Assembly: GCA_029261815.1 (NCBI GenBank)
Contig: JAJDAQ010000086.1
Coordinates: 47,448 to 111,447, forward strand
Length of the DNA: 64,000 nucleotides
From: Deltaproteobacteria bacterium
GTDB lineage: Bacteria; Myxococcota_A; UBA9160; UBA6930
Direction: 5' to 3'
Shown here: one piece after another, positions 46,085 to 54,567 of the stretch
How positions within the stretch are numbered: position 1 is the stretch's first letter
Layout: every line of letters begins with the position of its first letter
Position numbers and translations under genes: made by a program
The notes under the pieces: model-generated
What the model saw: the letters and a program-made list of their open reading frames with translations, nothing else
Database searches by the model: none
What the model was told of the DNA's origin: nothing

Positions 46085-46846
46085 TTGCCGGCCGGCCTCG
46101 TCGCCGTCGTCACTGGCGCTGCCTCGGGGATCGGGCGAGCGACCGTCGAGCGCGTGGTTGCAGCCGGTGGGTCGGCCGTTGCGATGGACCTGGATGGTGA
46201 GCGCCTCGACTGGGTGGACTCGACCGAACGGGTGGCTGCGTTCGCCGGCGATGTGACGGACGAAGCCGCGAATCTTGCAGCGGTCTCACTCGCGGAAGAG
46301 CGTTTCGGGCGCGTCGATTCGGTCATCCTGAACGCGGGCTTTCCGGCCGCGGGTTCGATGGAGGGTCTCCCGCTCGAACAGTTCGACCGCGTCGTGGAAG
46401 TCAATCTCAAGGGACCGCTGCTGGGCATCCGGGCTGCGGCGCCGGCCCTCCGTCGAAACGGCGGCGGCGCAATCGTGGTGACCGCCTCGGTCTCCGGACT
46501 GGGCGGCGACCCGGGCATGTTTGCCTACAACGCGGCCAAGGGCGGAGTCGTGAACCTGGTTCGCGCGGCCGCAATCGAGCTCGCGAACCAGCAGATCCGG
46601 GTGAATGCCGTTTGCCCCGGGCCTATCCGTACGCACATGACCGAGCCTGTGATCGAGGCGGACCCAGGCTGGGCCGAAGGGCTTCTGGCCCATGTTCCGC
46701 TGGGTCGTTGGGGCGAAGCCGACGAAGTGGCAGCCGTCATTGAGTTCCTGGCCTCCCCCGCGGCGAGCTTCGTGACCGGGGTCGTGCTGCCCGTGGATGG
46801 CGGGATTCGGGCGGGTTCGGGTCAGTTTCGGCCACCCCGAGGCTGA
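46085..46846 (+). CDS. SDR-family oxidoreductase
   Basis: TTG immediately after the upstream stop. Motifs VAVVTGAASGIGRA and YNAAKGG. Confidence 0.8.
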   Translation: MPAGLVAVVTGAASGIGRATVERVVAAGGSAVAMDLDGERLDWVDSTERVAAFAGDVTDEAANLAAVSLAEERFGRVDSVILNAGFPAAGSMEGLPLEQFDRVVEVNLKGPLLGIRAAAPALRRNGGGAIVVTASVSGLGGDPGMFAYNAAKGGVVNLVRAAAIELANQQIRVNAVCPGPIRTHMTEPVIEADPGWAEGLLAHVPLGRWGEADEVAAVIEFLASPAASFVTGVVLPVDGGIRAGSGQFRPPRG

Positions 46847-46919
46847 AACAGGGGTCGTCTTGCGCGTTGGTGGGCCGAATTCTTGCCGGAGACACGATTC
46901 CGTGCGCCCAAAGGTCGGC

Positions 46920-46933
46920 TTTATCGTGTTAAA
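46920..46933. promoter_or_regulatory. Operator-like site TTTATCGTGTTAAA overlapping extended -10-like TGTTAAAAT
   Basis: It ends 9 nt before the ATG of the TetR gene at 46943. TAAAAT at 46930-46935 lies 7 nt from the start codon and no Shine-Dalgarno is visible. Confidence 0.55.
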
Positions 46934-46942
46934 ATCCTTCGC

Positions 46943-47617
46943 ATGACGCTCCTTGCCCAGCAAATGGCCGAGCGCCGCGAACGGATCCTCCAGGCGGCAC
47001 GGGACGTGATCGCCGAACGCGGATTCGACGGCCTCACCATGCGAGAACTCGCGCAGGCCGCCGGGGTGACGGTTCCCACCATCTACAACCTCATCGGGAG
47101 CAAGGACAAGGTCCTGTTCGCGGCCGTCGAGGAGCAGACCGAACGCTTCATGCGCGGGATCGAGCGGGGCGCCGGAGACGTGATCGCCGTGATCAACGCC
47201 AACGAGCGAGAGCTCGAGCGGGCGCCCGACTACTACCGCTCCTTGCTCCGACTGATGATGGCGTCGGAAGCGGCGGGGCCAGCGCGTGCGAACGTCGGCC
47301 GCGCGCTTCGAGGACAGATTCGCGGGGCGCTCGGCGAACTCGCGGAAGAGGGCTCCCTCGAGTCCTGGGTGTCGCTCGACGCACTCCAGGACGAGATTCA
47401 ATCGTCGCTGTGGGCGCTGAGTCTGGAGTGGGCGAACGGCCGACTTGCCAGCGAGGACCGCGCTCGGCGCAGTGTCTTCGCGGTCGGGCTGATGCTCTTG
47501 GCCGTCAGCCGCGGCGAAGCGCGAGAAGAGTTCGCACGGATCGTGCGAGATCATCAGCCGGATGGCCCGTCACAAACGGGAATAGGAAACGTCACTTCGA
47601 TGGAGCGACGACAATGA
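46943..47617 (+). CDS. TetR-family transcriptional regulator (paralog of 30324-31016)
   Basis: HTH region LTMRELAQAAGVTVPTIYNLIGSKDKVLF. The ATG at 46943 aligns with the paralog N-terminus. Confidence 0.85.
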   Translation: MTLLAQQMAERRERILQAARDVIAERGFDGLTMRELAQAAGVTVPTIYNLIGSKDKVLFAAVEEQTERFMRGIERGAGDVIAVINANERELERAPDYYRSLLRLMMASEAAGPARANVGRALRGQIRGALGELAEEGSLESWVSLDALQDEIQSSLWALSLEWANGRLASEDRARRSVFAVGLMLLAVSRGEAREEFARIVRDHQPDGPSQTGIGNVTSMERRQ

Positions 47618-47904
47618 AGCTGCGTCACGCGATGACCGGGGCCATCTACACGAATCGCCCCGATGGTCGTGTGGATGTCGAACTCGACGGCAAGACCGGC
47701 GTGTTCGAAACCACGGGCGAGTACGTGAGTGGGGAGCTGCGCCAGGCGGATCCCCACATGTTGGATTGGATGCGGGACAGCCAGCCGGTCCCCAATCGAC
47801 GAACCGGAAACATGGGCGTCGGCGCCGCGGAGGCCGCGGGCCCTGCAGGCGTGGCGTTGCCCCAGCTCGGGACAAGCACCCGAACCGAAGGAAGGAAAGG
47901 TCAC
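47614..47904 (+). CDS. In-frame upstream extension of the SDR below (uncharacterised domain of about 55 aa plus a low-complexity linker)
   Basis: ATG at 47614 overlaps the TetR stop (ATGA). There is no stop before the SDR start at 47905. The first ~55 codons have coding-like G/C-ending codons (MKLRHAMTGAIYTNRPDGRVDVELDGKTGVFETTGEYVSGELRQADPHMLDWM). Confidence 0.4.
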
Positions 47905-48663
47905 ATGGATCTTGGACTCAACGGACGGAAGGTGCTCGTCACCGCCGCAACACGTGGCATCGGACTCTCCATCGCCCAGCACTTCGCCGACGAAGGTTGC
48001 GACGTCGCGCTCTGCGCGCGCGGTGAAGGCGGAATCGAGACCGCTACCAAGGACCTGGAAGCACGCGGCGCCAAGGTGTTCGCCCGGGCGGTCGACGTGG
48101 CCGACGGCGGCGCCTTCAAGCAGTTCGTCGCGGATGCGGCCGATGCACTCGGTGGCCTCGACATCTTTGTCAGCAACGCATCCGGTGGCGCCGGCCCGGG
48201 CGAGAAGGCCTGGCAGGCGAGCTTCGATGTCGACATGATGGGCGCCGTTCGCGGCGTGGATGCGGCGCTGCCCAGCCTCGAAGCCTCGGACGCGGGAAGC
48301 GTGATCTTCATCAGCTCCACCGCCGCGCTCGAATACCTCGGCGTCCCGCAGGCCTACAACGCGATGAAGGCCGCCCTGATCGCGCACGCGGGGGACATGA
48401 GCCAGGCGTTGGCGCCGAAGGGCGTTCGCGTGAACGTGATCTCGCCCGGTCCCGTCTACTTCGAAGGCGGAAACTGGGAGATGATCAAGCAGGCCATGCC
48501 CGCGATGTATGAAGGTGCCCTCGCGCAGTGCGCGATCGGCCGCATGGGCGCGCCCGAAGAGATTGCACGCGCGGTCGTGTTCCTCGCGAGCCCGGCCGCC
48601 AGCTTGATCACCGGTGCGAACCTCGTCTGCGACGGCGGTTTCACCAAGCGGATGCCGTTCTAG
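47905..48663 (+). CDS. SDR-family oxidoreductase (core; may start at 47614)
   Basis: ATG at 47905 follows GAAGGAAGGAAAGG. Motifs KVLVTAATRGIGLS and YNAMKAA. Confidence 0.85.
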   Translation: MDLGLNGRKVLVTAATRGIGLSIAQHFADEGCDVALCARGEGGIETATKDLEARGAKVFARAVDVADGGAFKQFVADAADALGGLDIFVSNASGGAGPGEKAWQASFDVDMMGAVRGVDAALPSLEASDAGSVIFISSTAALEYLGVPQAYNAMKAALIAHAGDMSQALAPKGVRVNVISPGPVYFEGGNWEMIKQAMPAMYEGALAQCAIGRMGAPEEIARAVVFLASPAASLITGANLVCDGGFTKRMPF

Positions 48664-48723
48664 TCCGAAGTACGCATCGTCGTACCGGTTCGCCCTGCGC
48701 GGCCGGACCGATGGGAGATTGTC

Positions 48724-50091
48724 ATGGCCATCGAACCCCTGATCGAAATCGAAGCCGGGCAGGGCCCGCGCTCATCGGGCGTGACCTACCAGGACCTGCT
48801 CGACGCAGAGACCCGCGAGGTTCCCGAGGTGCTGCGCATGCAGGCCGCGCGGGAGACCCCGGTCGTGCGGGTGCCCATCGACCGGTACACGTCGCAGGAG
48901 TTCCACGACCTCGAGGTCGAGAAGGTCTGGAAGAAGGTCTGGCAGTTCGCCTGCCGGGAGGAGCAGATCCCCGAGCCCGGTGACCATACGGTCTACGACA
49001 TTGCGAACCTGTCGATCCTGGTCCTTCGCGACGAAAGCGGAGAGATTCGGGCGCACCACAACGTCTGCCTGCATCGCGGCCGCGCGCTGAAGGACTTCGA
49101 CGGCAACAGCAGCGACCTCCGCTGCCCGTTTCACGGCTGGACGTGGAACCTTGACGGCTCGCTGAAGGAGATCCCCTGCCGCTGGGACTTTCCGGATGTC
49201 GACCAGGACGACTATGCGCTCCCGCCGGTGAAGGTCGCGCTCTGGGGCGGCTTCGTGTTCATCAATCTGGACCCGGACTGCGAGCCCTTCGAGAACCATA
49301 TCGGCGATCTGGGCAAGCACTTCGAGCGTTGGCCGCTCGAGAAGCGATACACCGAAGCCCACGTTGCCAAGCTCCTGCGCTGCAACTGGAAGGTGGCCCA
49401 GGAGGCCTTCATGGAGGCCTACCACGTCGTCGGGACCCATCCGCAGATTCTGGCTGGAATCGGCGATGCGAATACCCAGTACGATGCCTGGGACACGTTC
49501 TCGCGCGCGATGACGCCTAACATGACGCCGAGCCCCCACCTGACCGAGGAGCCCACAGAGCAGGAGATGATCAACTCCATGCTTTCGGTGAGTCTCGACG
49601 AGGGGCCGATGTTCAACGTGCCCGAAGACATGACGGCGCGGCAGATGCTGGGCCAGATGACGCGGATGCAGCTCCAGGCGCAGGTGCCGTCGGTGCAAGA
49701 ATTGACCGACGCCGAGCTGGCCGATTCGTTCTACTACACGCTGTTCCCGAATTTTCATCCGTGGGGCGCGTACAACAAGATCGTCTACCGCTTCCGGCCG
49801 TACAAGAACAAGCCGAACGAGTGCATCATGGAAGTGCTCTTCCTGTCGCCGTTCCGCGGCCGCAGGCCTCCGGCGGCCAAGGTCAAGTGGATCGATTTCG
49901 ATGCGCCGTGGAGCGACGCGATTCCCGAGTTCGGAAGCCTGGCCAAGGTCTTCTCGCAGGATGCGTACAATATTCCGCATGTGCAGAAGGGCCTCGAAGC
50001 GGCGCAGCACACGCACGTGACCTTCGCGAACTACCAGGAAACGAAGATCCGTCACTTCCATACGCTGCTCGAGAAGTATCTGCAGGCGTAG
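48724..50091 (+). CDS. Rieske [2Fe-2S] non-heme-iron oxygenase, alpha subunit
   Basis: Rieske motif CLHRG...CPFHGW, mononuclear-iron motif EAYHVVGTHP; 455 aa. No beta subunit is adjacent. Confidence 0.85.
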   Translation: MAIEPLIEIEAGQGPRSSGVTYQDLLDAETREVPEVLRMQAARETPVVRVPIDRYTSQEFHDLEVEKVWKKVWQFACREEQIPEPGDHTVYDIANLSILVLRDESGEIRAHHNVCLHRGRALKDFDGNSSDLRCPFHGWTWNLDGSLKEIPCRWDFPDVDQDDYALPPVKVALWGGFVFINLDPDCEPFENHIGDLGKHFERWPLEKRYTEAHVAKLLRCNWKVAQEAFMEAYHVVGTHPQILAGIGDANTQYDAWDTFSRAMTPNMTPSPHLTEEPTEQEMINSMLSVSLDEGPMFNVPEDMTARQMLGQMTRMQLQAQVPSVQELTDAELADSFYYTLFPNFHPWGAYNKIVYRFRPYKNKPNECIMEVLFLSPFRGRRPPAAKVKWIDFDAPWSDAIPEFGSLAKVFSQDAYNIPHVQKGLEAAQHTHVTFANYQETKIRHFHTLLEKYLQA

Positions 50092-50106
50092 GTTCGAGGG
50101 AAGATC

Positions 50107-50304
50107 GTGGCGTTTGAAGTGCAGGTGGACCGCACCCGTTGCCGCGGTTCGAGGTCATGCGTGCGGCGCGCGCCGGGTACTTTTTCGCTCGATGAGGAGC
50201 GTATCGCGGTCGTTGCAGAGCGTCCGACGGACTCCGAAGAGGCGATTCGCGAAGCCGCTGCCGTTTGTCCATTCTTTGCGATCTCTACCAAGGAGACTCG
50301 ATGA
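50107..50304 (+). CDS. Small single-cluster ferredoxin
   Basis: 65 aa with Cys pattern C-x5-C ... CP (RCRGSRSC ... AAVCPFFAI). GTG follows GAGGGAAG. Confidence 0.7.
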   Translation: MAFEVQVDRTRCRGSRSCVRRAPGTFSLDEERIAVVAERPTDSEEAIREAAAVCPFFAISTKETR

Positions 50305-51062
50305 CTGATGCCCCGAAGGAACGTGTGGACGCCGTCCTGATCGCAGGTGGCCGTTATCACGACATCGACTATGCGCGTGGGGAACTCCTGAAGCTGTTGG
50401 CCGAGCACCCGCATGTCCGTGTGACGGTCGACTCGGACTACCGGAATACCGAGGCCATCGAAGCCGCGGATTTCCTCATCACGTATACGTGCGACGTGCG
50501 TCCGACCGACGCGCAGCAAGAGGTCCTGGCCGACTACGTTTCCAGCGGCGGCCGCTGGATGGCGCTGCACGGAACGAACTCGGCCCTCGACTTCGTCGAG
50601 AATGGTGTCGACGCGCCGCGCTCCGCGTTTCCGAAGATGGCCCATACGCTGGGCAGTCAGTTCGTGGCACACCCGCCCATCCAGAAATACAAGGTCGAGA
50701 AGCGGAGTCCGGATCATCCGCTGGTGTCTGGTGTCGATGAGTTCGAAACCGACGACGAGCTCTACCTCTGCGAGTATCACGATTTCGACAAGCTCGAAGT
50801 CCTGCTCGATTGCCACTACGCCGGCAAGGCGGAGGGTTTCATCGAAGCCAACTGGGACGATGCAGACCGCCACCTCGTGATGTACCTGCGACCGTTGGGG
50901 GAAGGGGCCGTCCTCTACAACACCTTGGGCCACTGCCGAGGGCATTGGGATATGCGGCCGGCCATGGACTACTACCCGGTCGTCGAACGCTGCTCCTGGG
51001 AGAAGCCCGAGTACCATGAGCTTCTCCGGCGGGGGATTCGTTGGTGCCTTCAGGAACTCTAG
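50301..51062 (+). CDS. ThuA-domain protein
   Basis: ATG at 50301 follows AAGGAG and overlaps the ferredoxin stop (ATGA). Motifs VLIAGGRYHDIDYAR, WMALHGTNS, ELYLCEYHD. Confidence 0.65.
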   Translation: MTDAPKERVDAVLIAGGRYHDIDYARGELLKLLAEHPHVRVTVDSDYRNTEAIEAADFLITYTCDVRPTDAQQEVLADYVSSGGRWMALHGTNSALDFVENGVDAPRSAFPKMAHTLGSQFVAHPPIQKYKVEKRSPDHPLVSGVDEFETDDELYLCEYHDFDKLEVLLDCHYAGKAEGFIEANWDDADRHLVMYLRPLGEGAVLYNTLGHCRGHWDMRPAMDYYPVVERCSWEKPEYHELLRRGIRWCLQEL

Positions 51063-51087
51063 GCGGCGTCGCGTCCAGGCCTTCGTG

Positions 51088-51624
51088 ATGCGCGCGATCG
51101 CGCTTCGACGTTACGTCCCGGAAGACGCGTACGCGTTGACTGAAGCCGCACACGAGTCGTGGCGCGAAGTCGGCCCCTGGATGGAGTGGTGCAAGCCCGA
51201 TCTGCCGCTTCGCGAAGCGGAAGCCTGGGTCGCCGAGCAGGTCCAGCGCTTCAACGAGGGGACGGCCTACGAGTTCACGATTCGTGACGCAGGAGACGGC
51301 GCATATCTGGGCGCATGTGGGGTCAACCACATCGAGCCCGTGAACCGCTACGCGAACCTGGGGTATTGGGTGCGCACGTCGGCAACGCGCCAGGGCGTTT
51401 GTCAGCAGGCGGTGAAGCAGCTTGCGGGCTGGATATTCGGGAACACCGATCTGGTGCGGCTCGAAATCGTTGCCGCAGTCGGCAACGCGGCCAGCCAACG
51501 CGCCGCAGAGAAGGCGGGCGCCGAGCGTGAGGGAACCCTTCGCAAGCGCCTGAAGATGCACGGACTGTGGCATGATGCCGCCATCTACTCGCTGACCCGA
51601 GACAGCGTCCCGACGGCGCCGTAA
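51088..51624 (+). CDS. GNAT N-acetyltransferase, RimJ/RimL-like
   Basis: LRRYVPEDAYAL..., ANLGYWVRTSATRQGV, NAASQRAAEKAGAEREGTLRKR. Confidence 0.75.
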   Translation: MRAIALRRYVPEDAYALTEAAHESWREVGPWMEWCKPDLPLREAEAWVAEQVQRFNEGTAYEFTIRDAGDGAYLGACGVNHIEPVNRYANLGYWVRTSATRQGVCQQAVKQLAGWIFGNTDLVRLEIVAAVGNAASQRAAEKAGAEREGTLRKRLKMHGLWHDAAIYSLTRDSVPTAP

Positions 51625-51659
51625 ACGCGCGACACACCTCGGAACCCGGAGTCGTCCTG

Positions 51660-52175
51660 TTGGATTCTCGCATCTCGATCGGTTGGAACGAATACGTGGA
51701 CCTGCCGGAATGGGGGGTCAAGGGCCTCAAGGCCAAGGCCGACTCGGGCGCCAAGACCAGCGCTCTCCATGTCGAAGACATCGAACTGCTGCCGCGCGGT
51801 CGCATCCGGTTCGTGGTGATCGTCCACCGCGAACAGCGAGATCGCCACGTGCGCGTGGAAGCCCGCATCGTGCGCAGGAGCCGTGTCCGGTCGAGCACGG
51901 GCCACTACGCATTCCGGTATTTCGTCTCGACCACGCTGCGCCTCGGCGGGATCGAGCGTGAGGTCGAGATCAGCCTGGTAGACCGGGAAAAAATGACCTT
52001 CCGCATGTTGCTTGGGCGGTCGGCGCTCGCCGGAGGCTTCGTGATTGATCCTGGGCGTCGGCGAATGCTCGGAAATCGCAAGGTTCGCCGAAAGCCCACG
52101 CTGAAGACCAAGCGCAAGACCGCACTCAAGAACAAGGTCGCGAGCAAGCGCCCGGTGAAGCGCAAGCGAACCTGA
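51660..52175 (+). CDS. RimB/DUF785-family retropepsin-like endopeptidase (annotated elsewhere as ATP-dependent zinc protease) with a Lys/Arg-rich C-terminal tail
   Basis: IGWNEYVDLPEWGVKGLKAKADSGAKTSALHVEDI (DSG active-site-like motif). The tail is RKVRRKPTLKTKRKTALKNKVASKRPVKRKRT. TTG start. Confidence 0.75.
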   Translation: MDSRISIGWNEYVDLPEWGVKGLKAKADSGAKTSALHVEDIELLPRGRIRFVVIVHREQRDRHVRVEARIVRRSRVRSSTGHYAFRYFVSTTLRLGGIEREVEISLVDREKMTFRMLLGRSALAGGFVIDPGRRRMLGNRKVRRKPTLKTKRKTALKNKVASKRPVKRKRT

Positions 52176-52185
52176 CCGGGCACGC

Positions 52186-53187
52186 TCAGGTCAGCAGCGT
52201 CTGGAACTCTTCGACCGACGAAGCGGCGTCATCGAGTCGCTCGAACGTCGCAACGTGGAAGAGCGCGTCGCCTTCGTTGACGACAGGGATCTCGCTTCGC
52301 CCGATGATCAGACCCGCGTCGGGACTCAGTACTTCCGACTCGTCTGATCCGAGCGGGTCGGCGACGTGAGCCAGGAGCTGGCCCTTCTCGACGCGGTCCC
52401 CCAGGTCGACGTGTGCGCGAACGAGACCGCCCTGGGGTGCCCTCGTCCAGCGACTGCCTTGCGCGATCATCGGAGGCGCTCCGGGTTTTGACTTGATCTC
52501 GGGCAACATGTTCAGGGCGCGCATCACGTTGAGGATTCCGCGTTCGCCGCCCCGGATGGCCCACTTGTCGAATCGCAGGGCTTCGCCGGCTTCGTACAGC
52601 AGCATCGGGATCCCGGTGTCGACCACCGTCTGTCGGAGCGACCCATCTCGCAAGTTGGAGTTCAGGATGACGGGCACCCCGAAGGCCCGCGCAAGGCGTT
52701 CGGTCTCCTGGTCGTCCAGGCACGCGCGAATCTGGGGAAGGTTGGTGCGATGCACCGCTCCTGTGTGCAGGTCGATCCCGTGGGTCGCGTTCGAGATGAT
52801 CTCGCGCACGAACGTGTCTGCGAGTCGCGCCGCCAAGGAGCCCTGACTTGAGCCGGGGAACGACCGGTTCAGGTCGCGTCGGTCGGGGAGGTAGCGACTC
52901 AGCGAGACGAAGCCGTACACGTTGACGACCGGGACCGCGATCAGGCTGCCGCGCAGGCTGGTGAGCGCGCGACGCCGCAGGATCCGCCGGATGATTTCGA
53001 CCCCGTTGATCTCGTCGCCATGGATGGCGGCGCAGATGAACAGCCGAGGGCCCGGCTTGCGGCCGTGAACGACTTCGACAGGGAGCGAGACTTCGGCACC
53101 CGACGCGCGTCGGCTCACCGGGATCTGGACGGTTCCGCGTGATCCCGGCGCGAACTCGACACCGCCGATATGGAGCGACTCACTCAC
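52186..53187 (-). CDS. Succinylglutamate desuccinylase/aspartoacylase (AstE/AspA) family zinc deacylase
   Basis: RLFICAAIHGDEINGVEI zinc-binding H..E motif and DLNRSFPG. Its start overlaps the rimK stop by 8 nt. Confidence 0.8.
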   Translation of the reverse strand: MSESLHIGGVEFAPGSRGTVQIPVSRRASGAEVSLPVEVVHGRKPGPRLFICAAIHGDEINGVEIIRRILRRRALTSLRGSLIAVPVVNVYGFVSLSRYLPDRRDLNRSFPGSSQGSLAARLADTFVREIISNATHGIDLHTGAVHRTNLPQIRACLDDQETERLARAFGVPVILNSNLRDGSLRQTVVDTGIPMLLYEAGEALRFDKWAIRGGERGILNVMRALNMLPEIKSKPGAPPMIAQGSRWTRAPQGGLVRAHVDLGDRVEKGQLLAHVADPLGSDESEVLSPDAGLIIGRSEIPVVNEGDALFHVATFERLDDAASSVEEFQTLLT

Positions 53188-54376
53188 CCGAAGACTGCCT
53201 CAGCGCCGACTTCGACGGCTTTCGCTTCTTCTTGGAACGCCGGTCCGGGGCGAGCCCTCGGAGCGTGAGTGTCTTGCCGAAGCAGAGCAGCACGTCTCCA
53301 GGCAGGATCTCGCGCGACATCATGGGGTTCGGGATCGAAATCGTGTCCCGGTGGATTGTCAGCACCAGCACGTCGTGATCCCTGAGCTTCGAGTCCGCGA
53401 TCGTCTTGTGCGCAAGCGAAGAGGTCTCGTCGATCGGAATCTCCATCACCCCGTAGCCACTCTGGAGGGTCAGGCGCTGACGGATGTCGATATCCGGGAA
53501 CAGCACCTCGTTCTCGATCAACTGCACGATCTCGCCGGCGACATCGATTCCTGTCGCAGTTTCGATGCCCTCGAGGCCGGGGGACGAGTTGACCTCCATG
53601 AGGATCGGGCCGTCCTTGCCCTCGAGCATGTCGACACCGGCCACCCGCAGCCCAAGAATCTGCGCTGCATGAACGGCCGTCCGTTCGTATTCGGGCTCCA
53701 GTTCCAGGACTTCGGCGCTACCGCCGCGGTGGATGTTGCTGCGAAACTCATCGCCCTGGGCCGTCCGTCGCATCGCGGCCACGACCCGGTCGCCGACGAC
53801 GAACGCGCGCACATCCTTGCCCTTGCTCTCCTTCACGAACTGCTGGAGCAAGACGCTCATCTTCGCCGGACCGGAAAGTGTTTCGATGATGGCTTCGGCG
53901 ACCGCGGACGTTTCGGCCAGGATGACGCCGATGCCCTGGGTGCCCTCGAGCAGCTTGACGACGACGGGCGGGCCTCCCATGCGTTCGATGCCGGGGAGGA
54001 TCTCGCTGCTATGCCGAACGAACAAGGTCTTCGGAATCCCGACGCGGTGGCGGGAAAGCACCTGCAGCGCCCGCAGCTTGTCTCGGGACACGGAGATGCC
54101 GTGGGACGGATTGACGCAGAAGACGCCCATCTGCTCGAACTGGCGAACGACCGCGGTGCCGAAGAATGTGACGGACGCGCCGATGCGCGGGATCACGGCA
54201 TCGTAGTCGCCGAGGCGTTTGTTCTTGTAGTAGAGCGTCGGGTCGCCTTCTTCGACTTCGATCGAGAACGACAGAGTATTCAGGACGCGCGCTTCATGTC
54301 CTCGCGACTCGGCGGCTTCCTTGAGGCGCTTCGTGCTGTAGAGGCGCGGGCCTCGGGAGAGAATCGCGATCTTCAT
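53180..54376 (-). CDS. rimK: RimK-type ATP-grasp alpha-L-glutamate ligase fused to a C-terminal TrkA_C (RCK_C) domain and a basic tail
   Basis: MKIAILSR...YDAVIPRIG, VVVKLLEGTQGIGV, FRSNIHRGG, MEVNSSPGLEGIE. The TrkA_C-like segment is GYGVMEIPIDETSSLAHKTIADSKLRDHDVLVLTIHRD...LPGDVLLCFG. The tail is RRSKKKRKPSKS. Confidence 0.85.
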   Translation of the reverse strand: MKIAILSRGPRLYSTKRLKEAAESRGHEARVLNTLSFSIEVEEGDPTLYYKNKRLGDYDAVIPRIGASVTFFGTAVVRQFEQMGVFCVNPSHGISVSRDKLRALQVLSRHRVGIPKTLFVRHSSEILPGIERMGGPPVVVKLLEGTQGIGVILAETSAVAEAIIETLSGPAKMSVLLQQFVKESKGKDVRAFVVGDRVVAAMRRTAQGDEFRSNIHRGGSAEVLELEPEYERTAVHAAQILGLRVAGVDMLEGKDGPILMEVNSSPGLEGIETATGIDVAGEIVQLIENEVLFPDIDIRQRLTLQSGYGVMEIPIDETSSLAHKTIADSKLRDHDVLVLTIHRDTISIPNPMMSREILPGDVLLCFGKTLTLRGLAPDRRSKKKRKPSKSALRQSSGE

Positions 54377-54441
54377 GGGCTTGGGCCTCGGTTTAGGATG
54401 GCGACGCGCGGTCGCCAGAACCTCGGGTAGGTGGAGCGTTC

Positions 54442-54456
54442 ACTCATTCAATGAGT
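54442..54456. promoter_or_regulatory. Inverted repeat ACTCATT-C-AATGAGT upstream of rimK
   Basis: Perfect 7-bp arms in an AT-richer patch, 66 nt upstream of the rimK start codon. Confidence 0.25.
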
Positions 54457-54567
54457 TGCGCTTCGTCTCGAGCGAAAACGCGACGTTCGGCAGGTCTTCT
54501 GTGCCCAGCTTGTGGCGAACCGTCAGAGCATCACCGACTTGACGGGCCCGTGCCCGCGCCGGCTGGC

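Noticed and set aside
47410-47613. The listed ORF start at 47410 for the SDR-containing frame.
   Set aside because: That segment overlaps the 3' third of the TetR gene in another frame. The ATG at 47614 (ATGA coupling) or at 47905 (strong RBS) is more plausible.
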